DNA of 64,000 nucleotides from Candidatus Scatovivens faecipullorum (GTDB lineage Bacteria; Bacillota; Clostridia; TANB77; CAG-508), in the NCBI GenBank assembly GCA_018715625.1, contig DVLG01000054.1, positions 4,160 through 68,159 of the forward strand. The letters run 5' to 3'. A program made the translations under genes and the position numbers. Each line of letters opens with the position of its first letter. Within the stretch, counting starts at the first letter, position 1. Under the pieces are notes generated by a model. The model was not told the origin of the DNA. It saw only the letters and a program-made list of their open reading frames with translations, and ran no database searches. Positions 31,674 through 41,882 of this stretch are shown one piece after another.

Positions 31674-31871
31674 CTATCTCTCTTCTCTTTCAGAACTATC
31701 TTTTTCTTTTTTCGCAGTTGTTTTTTTAATTGGTTGTACAGAAGCATAATCACTTTTTTTATCTCCTGTAAATCCTGCATCAAAATCATATCTTCTTGGT
31801 TGTGGTTTATTTGATTTAACATCTGATTTTGTTTTTCTAAAAATTTCAAATAAATCTAATAATAACCCCAT
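31674..31871 (-). CDS. Small hypothetical protein, 65 aa, homologous to the C-terminal tail of the 1077 aa protein
   Basis: LLLDLFEIFRKTKSDVKSNKPQPRRYDFDAGFTGDKKSDY aligns with ALLVDDIYENARKTKTNVRRTKPQPRNYDYEAGYVGKKQPDY. Weak GGGAAAG RBS. Confidence 0.45.
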   Translation of the reverse strand: MGLLLDLFEIFRKTKSDVKSNKPQPRRYDFDAGFTGDKKSDYASVQPIKKTTAKKEKDSSEREER

Positions 31872-31890
31872 ATCTTTCCCTTTCTAAAAT

Positions 31891-31914
31891 AGAGATACTT
31901 TGCAAAGTATCTCT
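31891..31914 (-). terminator. Hairpin or terminator after the 1077 aa gene
   Basis: Perfect 24-nt palindrome AGAGATACTTTGCAAAGTATCTCT followed by ATTTTA on the transcript. Confidence 0.5.
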
Positions 31915-31930
31915 ATTTATTAATTTTATA

Positions 31931-34900
31931 TTATCTTTCTTCATCGTCTCTATCTTCTTTTTGTTTTTTATCTTGTTTATTTTTCTCTGGTGTTTTATCT
32001 TTTTTATCAGTTTTTGTTTCGATATCATCTTTTATAATATTTCCACCTCTTAAAACACCATCTTTTATTTCTACCACTTCTAAATCAGCTTCATAATCTG
32101 GTTGTTTTTTACCAACATATCCTGCTTCATAATCGTAATTTCTTGGTTGTGGTTTAGTTCTTCTTACATTTGTTTTTGTTTTTCTTGCATTTTCATAAAT
32201 ATCATCTACAAGTAATGCTGATGCTCCAACATCATAAGCTATACCTAATTTATCTAAAACACTAGTAACTCTTGTATTTTCCACCATTTTTGTTACATCT
32301 CTTGTTTTAGTAACCATCTCTGTAACTTTTTCCATGTGTCCAGGAACATCTATAACTTTTTTAACTTCAGTTCCAATTTGAGTTTTAGTTAATCCATCAT
32401 ATAAGTCTGTAAGTTTAACCCAACATTTATCTCCTACTGAAACATATAAGTCTGAAAGTGTATCAGGATTTACCTTATCAGCACCTATCGCATTAATGAT
32501 TTGTTCTACTGTAACATCTTGTTTCAATACTCCATTTGTTCCTAAAAAGCTTGCATCAAAAGCTCTATCTGTTAATGTTGGAGCTGTTAATCCAGCTGTA
32601 TCTGATAGACCTGTACCTTTATTTCCAACACCTTGGAACACAGCAGTGATTTTTTCATTACCTGTTAAATCATACATTTTTGGTCTAGTTTCTCCACCAT
32701 ATACTGAATAATATCCTTCAACTTGTTTACCAGCATTTGAACTCATTATATCTTCAAGTGTAGTACTTGAATGATCAGCTTTAGTTCCATAAACTGGTAC
32801 TGTTTGTTCTTTATATGTAGTTTCTACCCATTTTTCACTTTGTACTGGTTCTTGATATTGTTCTGGCACTGTAACTTGTTTTTGGGTATGCTCTACTAAC
32901 CATTGTTTTATTTTTGGTCCAACAAATTTCTTAATACCAAATCTAGTAAGCATTTTAATTCCTGTTACTGTTCTTGTAACATTTTCTTTATTTGCTTTAT
33001 CATGTTGGTCCATATCAACAGCATCAGTTTGTATTGTTTGTCTTATTTTCATGTTATCTGCTTTTTCTTTATCTAACTTAATTTGAGCTTCTGCTTTCTT
33101 TAATATTTCTAATGTATTTTCAAGCTTAGCTTTAGCTTGTGGATCTGTTGTTTTATCTAGGTCTTCTTTTAGCATTTCCATTTGCTCTTCTATGCTTTTT
33201 CCTGCAAATTCAATTTGTTTTTGTCTTGCAGCTTTAATTGCTTGATCTGTATATTTAGTTTTTATAGATTCTTTAATATCATGAGCTCCAGCAGATAAAA
33301 TTGCTTTATTACCTTCTTTTGCTTTAAATATACTATTAAATCTACTTGCAAAATATCCTTTGCCTTGTGATGCAAAATATTCTCTTCTTGCAACATATCT
33401 ATGTGTAAATTTATTAGAATATAATCCAGCTACATTACCTTTATTTACACCAGTAACCGCTCCATATATAGGTGCAACAATTTTTGAACCTATGAATTTG
33501 TTAATTGGAGCTGTTGTATGATTTCTTATAAATCTTCCTGCATTTCCAACTGCTCTTAATATATTTCTTACAGTTTGTCCTTCTTGCATTTTAGAATATG
33601 GAACTTTTTCACCATATTTTCCTAATGTCATTAAGTTTTTCTGTGTTGTAACTAATCTATTATATGCACTATTATTAGTTTCTATGTAAGATTTATCTCT
33701 TTCTGCAACAGCTTCTGGATTTTTAAATTTTGAATAAGCAGATATGTCTCCAGCTTCATATTTAGTTAATCTTTCTAATCTATCAGCATATTCTTCTAAT
33801 TGTAAAAATGCTAAATCATCTTCCATGCCTTCATAAGGTTCAACTGTTGAATAAACTCCTGTTTGTCTCTTACCATCTTTATCAACAAATTCAAATTCTT
33901 TTTCAACTATATGAGATTTGAATTCTTGCATTTTTTCTTTATATTCAGCTGATTTTTCCTTATTACCATAGTATTTATCAAGCATATCTGTTCTTCTAGC
34001 CATATATTCATCTGCTATAGCTTGTTCATCAATTTCAACTGGCATATCTGGATATTTTATTTCAACTTCGCCTTTTTCATTAATCTTAAATAAAGATTTT
34101 TCTTTAGCTAAGTCTTCTAACTCTTCAATTCTATTTTCTATAACTCTTTTTTGATTTGTTAAATCTACTATATTTCTTTTTTCTAATTCTTCTAAAGATT
34201 TATTAACTTCTTCAAGCTCTTTTTCATTTTCTGCAATACTTTTTTCTAATTCTGCAATTTTTTTATCATCTTCTGTTAGTTCTTTAGGTCCTTGTGAATT
34301 TAAAAGTGCAGATAATCTTTCTTTCCAAGCTTTTAGCTCTTCATATCTTGCAGGATTTAATTCATTTCCTCTTCCTGCTATAATAGCTTCTCTGTTTGCT
34401 ATTTTATCTTCTAAATCTTTTATTTCGCCATTTATAGCTGCTTCTCTTATTTCATCTGTTATTTTTCCAGAATTTAAATCAGCAAGTTGTTTTTTCCATT
34501 CAGCTAATTCTTCATATCTTGCAGGATTTAATTCGTTTCCTCTTCCTGCTATCATAGCTTCTCTATTTGCTATTTTATCCTCTAAATCTTTTTTTGCTTT
34601 TTCTGTAGCTGAATCAAGATACTCTTTTCCTGGTTCAACACTTGTTTTATCATCTTTTTTAGCAGCATTTTCTTTTAATTTTTCTAGCTCTTCTTTTTGT
34701 TTTGCTATTAATGCCTCTAGTTCGCTCTTACGTTTTCCTAAAGCAGAACTATCTAAATTGAATAACATCTTTTTGTATTCTTCTATTCTTTTTTCAATCT
34801 CTTCAATTTCTACAAAACTATATTCCTCTTTTGAAGTTTTTAGTAAATCTTCAAGCTCTTCAATTACATCATTAGCTTTTAAAACTTCTTTATTTTCTTG

Positions 34901-35164
34901 ATTGATTTGATTTACTTTTTCTTCAATTTCCTTTCTTTTCTGTTTTAGTTTTGCTAATTTTTCTTCTCTTTCAGAATCATCTTTAGCTGCTTCTTCCTCT
35001 TTAATTAAATCATTAAATTGGATTTCTAATATATTTAGAGCAGTAATTGGGCTTTTATCTCCTAAATCTTGATTTTGTATTTCTTCATATTTTGAAATTC
35101 TATCTTCAATTATCTCTTTTTTGACCCCATATTTAAATACTTCTTTTTCCTTTGGATCAGCCAT
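31931..35164 (-). CDS. Hypothetical giant protein, 1077 aa: coiled-coil-like N-terminal third and a likely globular C-terminal part
   Basis: Long ORF with an AGGAGG RBS, an E/K/L-rich heptad-like N-terminus and an internal 57-aa duplication. No signal peptide. Confidence 0.6.
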   Translation of the reverse strand: MADPKEKEVFKYGVKKEIIEDRISKYEEIQNQDLGDKSPITALNILEIQFNDLIKEEEAAKDDSEREEKLAKLKQKRKEIEEKVNQINQENKEVLKANDVIEELEDLLKTSKEEYSFVEIEEIEKRIEEYKKMLFNLDSSALGKRKSELEALIAKQKEELEKLKENAAKKDDKTSVEPGKEYLDSATEKAKKDLEDKIANREAMIAGRGNELNPARYEELAEWKKQLADLNSGKITDEIREAAINGEIKDLEDKIANREAIIAGRGNELNPARYEELKAWKERLSALLNSQGPKELTEDDKKIAELEKSIAENEKELEEVNKSLEELEKRNIVDLTNQKRVIENRIEELEDLAKEKSLFKINEKGEVEIKYPDMPVEIDEQAIADEYMARRTDMLDKYYGNKEKSAEYKEKMQEFKSHIVEKEFEFVDKDGKRQTGVYSTVEPYEGMEDDLAFLQLEEYADRLERLTKYEAGDISAYSKFKNPEAVAERDKSYIETNNSAYNRLVTTQKNLMTLGKYGEKVPYSKMQEGQTVRNILRAVGNAGRFIRNHTTAPINKFIGSKIVAPIYGAVTGVNKGNVAGLYSNKFTHRYVARREYFASQGKGYFASRFNSIFKAKEGNKAILSAGAHDIKESIKTKYTDQAIKAARQKQIEFAGKSIEEQMEMLKEDLDKTTDPQAKAKLENTLEILKKAEAQIKLDKEKADNMKIRQTIQTDAVDMDQHDKANKENVTRTVTGIKMLTRFGIKKFVGPKIKQWLVEHTQKQVTVPEQYQEPVQSEKWVETTYKEQTVPVYGTKADHSSTTLEDIMSSNAGKQVEGYYSVYGGETRPKMYDLTGNEKITAVFQGVGNKGTGLSDTAGLTAPTLTDRAFDASFLGTNGVLKQDVTVEQIINAIGADKVNPDTLSDLYVSVGDKCWVKLTDLYDGLTKTQIGTEVKKVIDVPGHMEKVTEMVTKTRDVTKMVENTRVTSVLDKLGIAYDVGASALLVDDIYENARKTKTNVRRTKPQPRNYDYEAGYVGKKQPDYEADLEVVEIKDGVLRGGNIIKDDIETKTDKKDKTPEKNKQDKKQKEDRDDEER
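34335..34591 (-). repeat. Tandem duplication, 171-bp period, inside the 1077 aa gene
   Basis: DLEDKIANREA(M/I)IAGRGNELNPARYEEL encoded twice, at about 34335-34420 and 34502-34591. Confidence 0.8.
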
Positions 35165-35203
35165 ATATTTTTCCTCCTAAATATATACTATTTATTTTAA
35201 CAA

Positions 35204-37201
35204 TTACTCTCTTTCTTCACCTTTTTCTTCTTTTGATTTTTTTGCATTCTCATCTTTTCCTTTTTCACCTTTTTCTGGTATAGGAGTTTTATCTTGTTTT
35301 TGGAATGGATCTTTTTGATCTTTTGGTTCTTTTGCTTTTGCTTCGTCTATTTCTTCATCATGATATATATATATACCATCTTCCTTAATACTTAAATTTC
35401 CAGTTGATAGATAATTAATTGCTTCTTTCTTATATTTTCTACTAGGCAAAAAGAATCTTAATTTTTGTAATAATGGTATAGGCTCATTATCTTCTAATTC
35501 ATTTTTTAATGCCCATGCTTCTGCTTTTAATGCAGCTTTTTGGAAAAATCCAGCATTTTCATATTCTCTTCTTCCATTTATTATTAATTTATTTTTACCA
35601 TCTTTACCATTATTATCGTCTTTGCCATCATTACCATCTTTACCGTCATTTTCATCTTTACCGTCATTTTCATCTTTACCGTCATTATCATCTTTGCCAT
35701 CATTTTCGTCTTTACCGTCATTTTCGTCTTTACCGTCATTTTCGTCTTTACCGTCATTTTCATCTTTGCCGTCATTTTCGTCTTTGCCGTCATTGTCATC
35801 TTTGCCGTCATTGTCATCTTTGCCAGGATTATCGTTTTCTGCTTTTTTATCTTTTCTTGAAATTATATCATTAATTTCTTTTGTAGCATCTTCTAATTCT
35901 TGTGCTATCAAAGCTTTTTGTTCATCACATAAATCTATTGCAGCTTGAATATCATTTAATTGATCTTTTAATGCTTCATACGTTTCATTTAATTTTTTTA
36001 CTTCTCCACCATTTGTTATTATTCTTGTGCCTTCTTGATATTCATATTTAAAATCTTTTAACTGTATTAAAATACCTTGCATTTCATATTTTACTTTTTC
36101 TACTTCTGAATTTAACCTTGCTTTTTCTTGTGTAAAATATTTGGATTTTTCATCTCTCAAATCACTTGCTTTCATTTTTGTTTCTGGAGATTTCTTTTCT
36201 TCCTCAACTTTTTCTTGTCTCTCTTCTAGTTCTTTAACTCTTTTTTCTGCTTCTGCAATTACTTCTTTTAATTCGCTTTTTGCTCTAATTGCTTCGACAT
36301 AATCCATATCTCTTGTATCTAAGTTTTCTAATTCTTCTTTATATTTTTCTACTCTAAGTTTTGCAGCTCTTAGTTCATTATTTTCTAAAGAAATAGAACT
36401 TCTTAAGTCAACTGCTTTTGATTCTAATTTTTGATACTCTGCATTTCCTTCTTTTTTTCCTTCATCTTCCATTTTATGCATTTCTAATTCTGTTTTTTTC
36501 AAATCTGCTTCTAATTCTTCAACTCCAGCAAAATGTGCTGATTCTACTTTTTTAGCAAATTCTGTATCCTTATCTGGACCATCAGAATTAAGATGTGGTT
36601 TTATTCCATCTACTTTATGTTGGATATCTGCTTTTTTAGCTTCAAATTCCTCAATCTTTCTTTTTATTTTATCAACTTCACTCATAATTTTACTTCCTTT
36701 CTCACTTTTTTTATTATTATCATTTTTTTGATTTTCTTTATCTTTCTTCTTTTTGCTACTATTTTCTTTGTCACTACTTTCTTTTTCAGTATTTTCTTTA
36801 CTAGTGCTATCTTTTTTAGACTTTTTTTCTCCAGTATCTTTTTTACTTTTCTGTTCTAGTCCTTTTATGTATTTTTCTAATACATTAATTACTGATTTAC
36901 AATAATCTATATCTTCTTTTGAAAGATCATTTTTCAAAATAAATTCTTCTAGGTTTGATTTTGATCTTTCAGCTTTTTCTCTCCCGCCAAGAACTTGTAT
37001 AGCATTCTGCTTATTTGAAAATCTTAAATTAGCTCCTCCCTTAATCATATAAGTTACTTGCATAATTTCATTGGCTTCATATCTTCCAAATTTGCTTACT
37101 GCTTTAGAAATCTCTCTTTCAGATTTCTTATCTAACTTTTTTTCAGAAATAAGTTTAACTAGTTTAATCATATCTTCAAAAGACATATTTTTTTGCGACA
37201 T
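35204..37201 (-). CDS. Hypothetical protein, 665 aa, coiled-coil-like with an acidic GKDEND repeat tract
   Basis: Long ORF with a GGAGG RBS and its own promoter. K/E-rich. About 13 tandem hexapeptide repeats. Confidence 0.6.
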   Translation of the reverse strand: MSQKNMSFEDMIKLVKLISEKKLDKKSEREISKAVSKFGRYEANEIMQVTYMIKGGANLRFSNKQNAIQVLGGREKAERSKSNLEEFILKNDLSKEDIDYCKSVINVLEKYIKGLEQKSKKDTGEKKSKKDSTSKENTEKESSDKENSSKKKKDKENQKNDNNKKSEKGSKIMSEVDKIKRKIEEFEAKKADIQHKVDGIKPHLNSDGPDKDTEFAKKVESAHFAGVEELEADLKKTELEMHKMEDEGKKEGNAEYQKLESKAVDLRSSISLENNELRAAKLRVEKYKEELENLDTRDMDYVEAIRAKSELKEVIAEAEKRVKELEERQEKVEEEKKSPETKMKASDLRDEKSKYFTQEKARLNSEVEKVKYEMQGILIQLKDFKYEYQEGTRIITNGGEVKKLNETYEALKDQLNDIQAAIDLCDEQKALIAQELEDATKEINDIISRKDKKAENDNPGKDDNDGKDDNDGKDENDGKDENDGKDENDGKDENDGKDENDGKDDNDGKDENDGKDENDGKDGNDGKDDNNGKDGKNKLIINGRREYENAGFFQKAALKAEAWALKNELEDNEPIPLLQKLRFFLPSRKYKKEAINYLSTGNLSIKEDGIYIYHDEEIDEAKAKEPKDQKDPFQKQDKTPIPEKGEKGKDENAKKSKEEKGEERE
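35596..35830 (-). repeat. 18-bp tandem repeat, about 13 copies, encoding (N/D)DGKD(E/D)
   Basis: The plus strand reads ccgtcattttcatcttta and close variants, head to tail. The repeat also produces three artefactual ORFs in other frames. Confidence 0.9.
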
Positions 37202-37255
37202 TTAATAAATACCTCCATACATTTTATACTTAAACGCATAACTCAACTATTTATA

Positions 37256-37284
37256 ATTTTAGCACAAATACTGGGTTTTTTCAA
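37256..37284 (-). promoter_or_regulatory. Sigma-A promoter for the 665/1077 aa genes
   Basis: Minus-strand TTGAAA, 17 nt, TAAAAT, about 50 nt upstream of the start at 37201. Confidence 0.5.
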
Positions 37285-37313
37285 TAGTTTTACATAATTT
37301 TTTTACATTTTTG

Positions 37314-38762
37314 TTATTTTTTGTCAATTAATTCATTACTTAAAATATTCATAGATCTTTCAGCCAATTTACTATATCTTATTTTCTTATCTTTAATCTT
37401 TTCTTCTAATTGTGGTAGTATTCCAAAATTAGCATTCATTGGTTGAAATTTATCATTTTTAGTAGATATATATTCGGATAAAGCTCCTATCACCGTCTCC
37501 TTTGGAAAAGTAATTTTTTCTTTTTCATAAAGATTATCTATTTTTTCTTTATAATTTATGTAAACTTTTTTATCTATATTGTATTTTACATTAGTTTCTT
37601 TTTTTATATTGTTAAATATATTATACATTTTTACAGCATTAATTCCAGCAACAAACCCTGATGAGATTGATTCAACATAACCTTCTACTCCTGTTATTTG
37701 GCCTGCAAAAAATATTCTTCTATCACTTTTTAAATTATACGTATTATCTAAAACTAATGTAGAATTTATATATGTATTTCTATGCATAACTCCATATTTA
37801 ACAAAATTTGCTTTTTCTAAACCTGGAATTAAAGAAAATACCCTTTTTTGCTCTCCATATTTTAAATTAGTTTGAAAGCCTACTATATTATATAAATTTC
37901 CTTCTTGGTTGTCTTGTCTTAGTTGCACTACTGCATAAGGCCTTTTTCCTGCTTTAGGATCTGTAAATCCTACTGGTTTTAAAGGTCCATATCTTAATGT
38001 ATCTATGCCTCTTTTTGCCATAATCTCAATCGGCATACAACCTTCAAATATTTCTCTTTTTTCAAATTCATGTAAGGTTACTACTTCAGAATTTATCAGC
38101 TCATTATAAAATTTCTCATATTCTTCTTTATTCATAGGAAGATTTATATAGCTTCCTTTTATATCTTTTATTCTTTCCAACCAAACATCATAATCTTCAT
38201 CTTTTTCTCTTTCTTGAACATACCTATCACCAAAAAATCCTATATTCATATCTATAGAATCTTTTTCAACTATTGGTGCAGCAGCATCATAGAAAAATAA
38301 TTTATCATTTCCTGTTAAATCAGAGATTTTTTTTGATAGACTTTCAGAAGTAAGTGGACCAGTTGCTATTATAACCACACTATCTTTTGGAATTTCTTTT
38401 ACTTCTTCTCTTACAACTTCTATATATTCATTTTCTTCAATTCTAGCAGTAACTAATTTTGCAAATTTTTCTCTATCTACTGCTAAAGCTTGTCCTGCTG
38501 GAACTTGCACACTATCTGCTACAGAAATTAATTCACTACCTAATCTTCTCAGCTCTTCCTTTAATAAGCCACATGCATTGGTCAAAAGATTTGATTTAAA
38601 AGAATTACTACATACGATTTCAGCCAAATCTTTATTAGAATGTGCCTCTGAAAATTTTATAGGCTTCATTTCATAAAGCTTTACTCTTATTTTTCTTTTT
38701 GCAATTTGCAAAGCTGCTTCTGAACCTGCAAGTCCACCACCTATTACTATAATTTCTTTCAT
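37314..38762 (-). CDS. trmFO: Methylenetetrahydrofolate--tRNA-(uracil-5-)-methyltransferase TrmFO
   Basis: N-terminal FAD motif [19 protein letters not shown] and full-length TrmFO/Gid-like sequence. At 482 aa it appears to carry a K/N-rich insertion near the C-terminus. Confidence 0.88.
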   Translation of the reverse strand: MKEIIVIGGGLAGSEAALQIAKRKIRVKLYEMKPIKFSEAHSNKDLAEIVCSNSFKSNLLTNACGLLKEELRRLGSELISVADSVQVPAGQALAVDREKFAKLVTARIEENEYIEVVREEVKEIPKDSVVIIATGPLTSESLSKKISDLTGNDKLFFYDAAAPIVEKDSIDMNIGFFGDRYVQEREKDEDYDVWLERIKDIKGSYINLPMNKEEYEKFYNELINSEVVTLHEFEKREIFEGCMPIEIMAKRGIDTLRYGPLKPVGFTDPKAGKRPYAVVQLRQDNQEGNLYNIVGFQTNLKYGEQKRVFSLIPGLEKANFVKYGVMHRNTYINSTLVLDNTYNLKSDRRIFFAGQITGVEGYVESISSGFVAGINAVKMYNIFNNIKKETNVKYNIDKKVYINYKEKIDNLYEKEKITFPKETVIGALSEYISTKNDKFQPMNANFGILPQLEEKIKDKKIRYSKLAERSMNILSNELIDKK

Positions 38763-38793
38763 AATATATTTGTGATTTTCTCCCTTTTTTTAT

Positions 38794-41790
38794 TTACATT
38801 GTTATATCTTCATATTCTTCAGTTTTTCCTTCTTGATTTTTTTGTCCTTGTTTTTCTCCAGTTACTGTTTGGCTTTGTGACTGTTCTTGAATTTTTCCAG
38901 ATATTCCTTCAACTCTATATTTGTCAAAAGCAGATTCTTGAACTTTTTTAGGATTTTGTCCATTTATTTCATTCTTTTCTTCATTTTTTTCTTCAGGATT
39001 TTTTCCTGCAAATAAATCTTTAAATTTTTTAAATGCATCTCTAGCATTATTCTTTAATTCATTAATTGCTTTTTTAAATCTGCCAAAAATAGAATTATCT
39101 TGTGGTACTAAACTCTTTTCTTCTGTTAAATCTTGAAAATCTCTATTATCTGTACTAAGTTCTTCTGTTTTTAAGGTTGATTGTTTTCCAGATTCCTTTT
39201 TTTCACTTTCATTTGTTTCTTCTGCTTCTTTCTGATTGATTAAATCATCTAATCTTTCTTTGTTTTTTTTCTCCTTAAAACTTATTATCTCACTAAGCTT
39301 TTCATCATCAGAATTTGATTTTAATGCTCCAAAATCAGAATCTTTTAGTTTAGAATATTCTGTCATCTTTCCAACAAAATATACTTTTTGATATTTATCA
39401 TAAAGATTTTTTCCTATTTCATCTAAATTATTTTCTCTTAATCTATTTACTGTAGTATAATTTTTGTATTCTGACAATAGTACATCTTCGTTTACAATTC
39501 CATTTCCATTTTCATCAAATTCTATAAATTTATTTTCCTCTGTATTCATTATTTCTAATGCTCTATTAGATAATTTTAAAAGCATTTGGCTTTCCTCTGG
39601 AGTATCAGCACTTTTAGCTAGCTCTCTTGAAAGTATAGTTATTCTTAAATATTCAAATCTGTCTTGCTTATCTAAATGATAATAATCTGGATTCAAAGTT
39701 AATACATTCTTTTGATAAAAATCCAATACTTTTGCATTTAATTTATCTTTTTCGAATCTTCTCTCTTGTTCTTTTAGCTCTTGTAACTGTTCCGGAGTAT
39801 ATTCAGAAATTTTTTTTGCCAATTCTGGATTCTCTCTTTGCATTTTAGCTAACATATTTTGGCATATTTTATATTTTGTTTGACCATTCGCTATTTCTTC
39901 TTCAGATAATTTATCTTCTAAAAGTAATATTGCCATATATCTATGAAAAAACACTTCCTCTTTTGTACTTATCCAAGAACCTATACTAGATTTTTTATAT
40001 AATTCCATATATGTTTTTTCATCACTCTCAGTAAACTCCATATTAGATTTTTTGTTAAATGCATTTTGTAATTCACTTGCACTATAATCTACTTCTAATA
40101 TTTCACTTCTAATATTAAACATTTGATCCATTTCATGATCTTGTATCTTTGCTTTAGAATCAATTACCTTACCTAATCCCATATCAATAAATTTTCTTTG
40201 TATAGAATAAAATTTATCTTCACATGAATTACTACTATATTCCCCATCTGAAGGAATTTTTAGTACTTCATTAATAACATCTTCAAGAGCTTTACTATTT
40301 TTGTTAAATTCTATTTCTGGATGCAATTTTTTTAGTACAACTTTAGATTTTTCAACAACTTCTTTATTTTTTGAAGATAATCCTACTAAAAAAGATGCTG
40401 TATAATTTCTTAACATATCTTCAGATATTATCTCTTTTTTTTCACAATTTTCTCCTATTAGTTCATACAGTTGGGAAATATCTTTAGCAACTATTTTATC
40501 TTTTAAATTATTGATATAACCTTTTAATGTTTCTTTTCCTTGTTTTGTTATATTTCCATTTTCATCTTTCAAATCTTGTGTAAAATATCTAAGTTCTGGA
40601 TTTTTTTCATAAATTGCTTTTCTTTTATCTAATAAACTGATATACGCTGGACTTAATTTATCCATCACCATAAGTTTTGATTCAATTGCAAACATTTTAT
40701 TTTTTAAGCTATCTATATATTTATTAATATCCTCTTGACCTTTTTCAGTTAATTTTCCATTGTCATCTCTTAATTCATCAAAAATTTTTCTTAATTCAGG
40801 ATTTTTGTTATAAATCTCACTTCTTTGTTTTAATAATTGTTCATATCTGTTAGAAGACTTATCTGTAAGAATTATTTTAGTTTCAATGCTAAGTATTATT
40901 TTTTTATTGTCTATTTCCTTTTTCATATTATTTTTGGCTTCTTCAGTAACAGTCTTCAGAGTCGCAAATATTTCCGGAATATTATTAGAATCAATTGTTC
41001 TTTTTGTTATTATACTTAACAGTTCTGCAAGAGCTTTATTACTACTTTCACCTTCTGGTATTTTATCCGCAAATATTTCACGAATTTTCTTATATGCCAT
41101 TTCTCTGTGTTCTTCTTTACCATTAACAATAATTTCTAATAGTGGAAGACATTTCTTAGCTTTTTCTTCATCTAACTCTTTTTGCCAATCTATTTCATCT
41201 AAACCACCTAAAATATTTTCTCTATAATCATCCAAATCATTTTCCAAATCATTATTTGAATTGTCAAATAGTTGTATACCAGCAGTATAATCAATCATAC
41301 CTCTATTTTCGCTTCTTTCTAAAAAGTCTTTTGGTAAAATCTCATCTGCCATCATCTCTCTTAATATTTTTTTACCTATTTCTTGATTTTTAGTATAATA
41401 TTCATTACTTTCAATTCCTACCCTAACTGCTTGTCTATAACTTGCTTCTGGATCTTTTTCTCCTGTTTTAGGGTCTATAACTATACCATTTGGTAATTTA
41501 TTTATATATCTAACCAAGTTTATATAAACATTTTTTAAAGTATCCATAGCACTATCTCTAGTTTCTACTGAACTAGTTAAGTTTTCATATAAATTAGCTA
41601 TCATTACATCTGTAATACCATACTGATTAAGTTTTCTTAAATTAACTATAACAGGACTATTAGACCTTGCTAGAATATCATATACATCTATGACTTTTCC
41701 ATCAAGACCATTATCAGCAATAAGATTATCTCTATCTTTTGTTTTATCTATTCTTTTTTTTCTATCTTCTCTTTCTTCTTTAGTTGCCAT
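38794..41790 (-). CDS. Hypothetical giant helical protein, 998 aa (paralog of the 1277 aa protein)
   Basis: Long ORF. It ends 31 nt upstream of trmFO with no terminator between them. Internal repeats around NPELR...D.NG.(L/I)T..G. Several blocks align with the 1277 aa protein. Confidence 0.6.
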   Translation of the reverse strand: MATKEEREDRKKRIDKTKDRDNLIADNGLDGKVIDVYDILARSNSPVIVNLRKLNQYGITDVMIANLYENLTSSVETRDSAMDTLKNVYINLVRYINKLPNGIVIDPKTGEKDPEASYRQAVRVGIESNEYYTKNQEIGKKILREMMADEILPKDFLERSENRGMIDYTAGIQLFDNSNNDLENDLDDYRENILGGLDEIDWQKELDEEKAKKCLPLLEIIVNGKEEHREMAYKKIREIFADKIPEGESSNKALAELLSIITKRTIDSNNIPEIFATLKTVTEEAKNNMKKEIDNKKIILSIETKIILTDKSSNRYEQLLKQRSEIYNKNPELRKIFDELRDDNGKLTEKGQEDINKYIDSLKNKMFAIESKLMVMDKLSPAYISLLDKRKAIYEKNPELRYFTQDLKDENGNITKQGKETLKGYINNLKDKIVAKDISQLYELIGENCEKKEIISEDMLRNYTASFLVGLSSKNKEVVEKSKVVLKKLHPEIEFNKNSKALEDVINEVLKIPSDGEYSSNSCEDKFYSIQRKFIDMGLGKVIDSKAKIQDHEMDQMFNIRSEILEVDYSASELQNAFNKKSNMEFTESDEKTYMELYKKSSIGSWISTKEEVFFHRYMAILLLEDKLSEEEIANGQTKYKICQNMLAKMQRENPELAKKISEYTPEQLQELKEQERRFEKDKLNAKVLDFYQKNVLTLNPDYYHLDKQDRFEYLRITILSRELAKSADTPEESQMLLKLSNRALEIMNTEENKFIEFDENGNGIVNEDVLLSEYKNYTTVNRLRENNLDEIGKNLYDKYQKVYFVGKMTEYSKLKDSDFGALKSNSDDEKLSEIISFKEKKNKERLDDLINQKEAEETNESEKKESGKQSTLKTEELSTDNRDFQDLTEEKSLVPQDNSIFGRFKKAINELKNNARDAFKKFKDLFAGKNPEEKNEEKNEINGQNPKKVQESAFDKYRVEGISGKIQEQSQSQTVTGEKQGQKNQEGKTEEYEDITM

Positions 41791-41823
41791 AATACTCCCA
41801 CCATAAAATACTTTATTAATTTT

Positions 41824-41852
41824 ATTATAGATTTTGTCGTTTTAATTTACAA
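41824..41852 (-). promoter_or_regulatory. Sigma-A promoter for the 998 aa gene and trmFO
   Basis: Minus-strand TTGTAA, 17 nt, TATAAT. Confidence 0.5.
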
Positions 41853-41882
41853 TAACAAAAATATTACATTTTATCCATAAAA

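Noticed and set aside
31664-32028. ORFs 31664..31849 and 31846..32028 on the minus strand, overlapping the 65 aa ORF and the end of the 1077 aa gene.
   Set aside because: They are alternative frames of lysine-rich sequence with no RBS. The 31674..31871 frame is preferred because its product is homologous to the 1077 aa tail.
35509-35948. Three long ORFs overlapping the GKDEND repeat (35509..35874 +, 35584..35817 -, 35622..35948 +), with translations such as SLPSFSSLPSF and MTMTAKMKMTVK.
   Set aside because: They are alternative-frame or antisense readings of the 18-bp tandem repeat. The periodic low-complexity translations are artefacts. The 665 aa frame is the one with an RBS and continuity on both sides.
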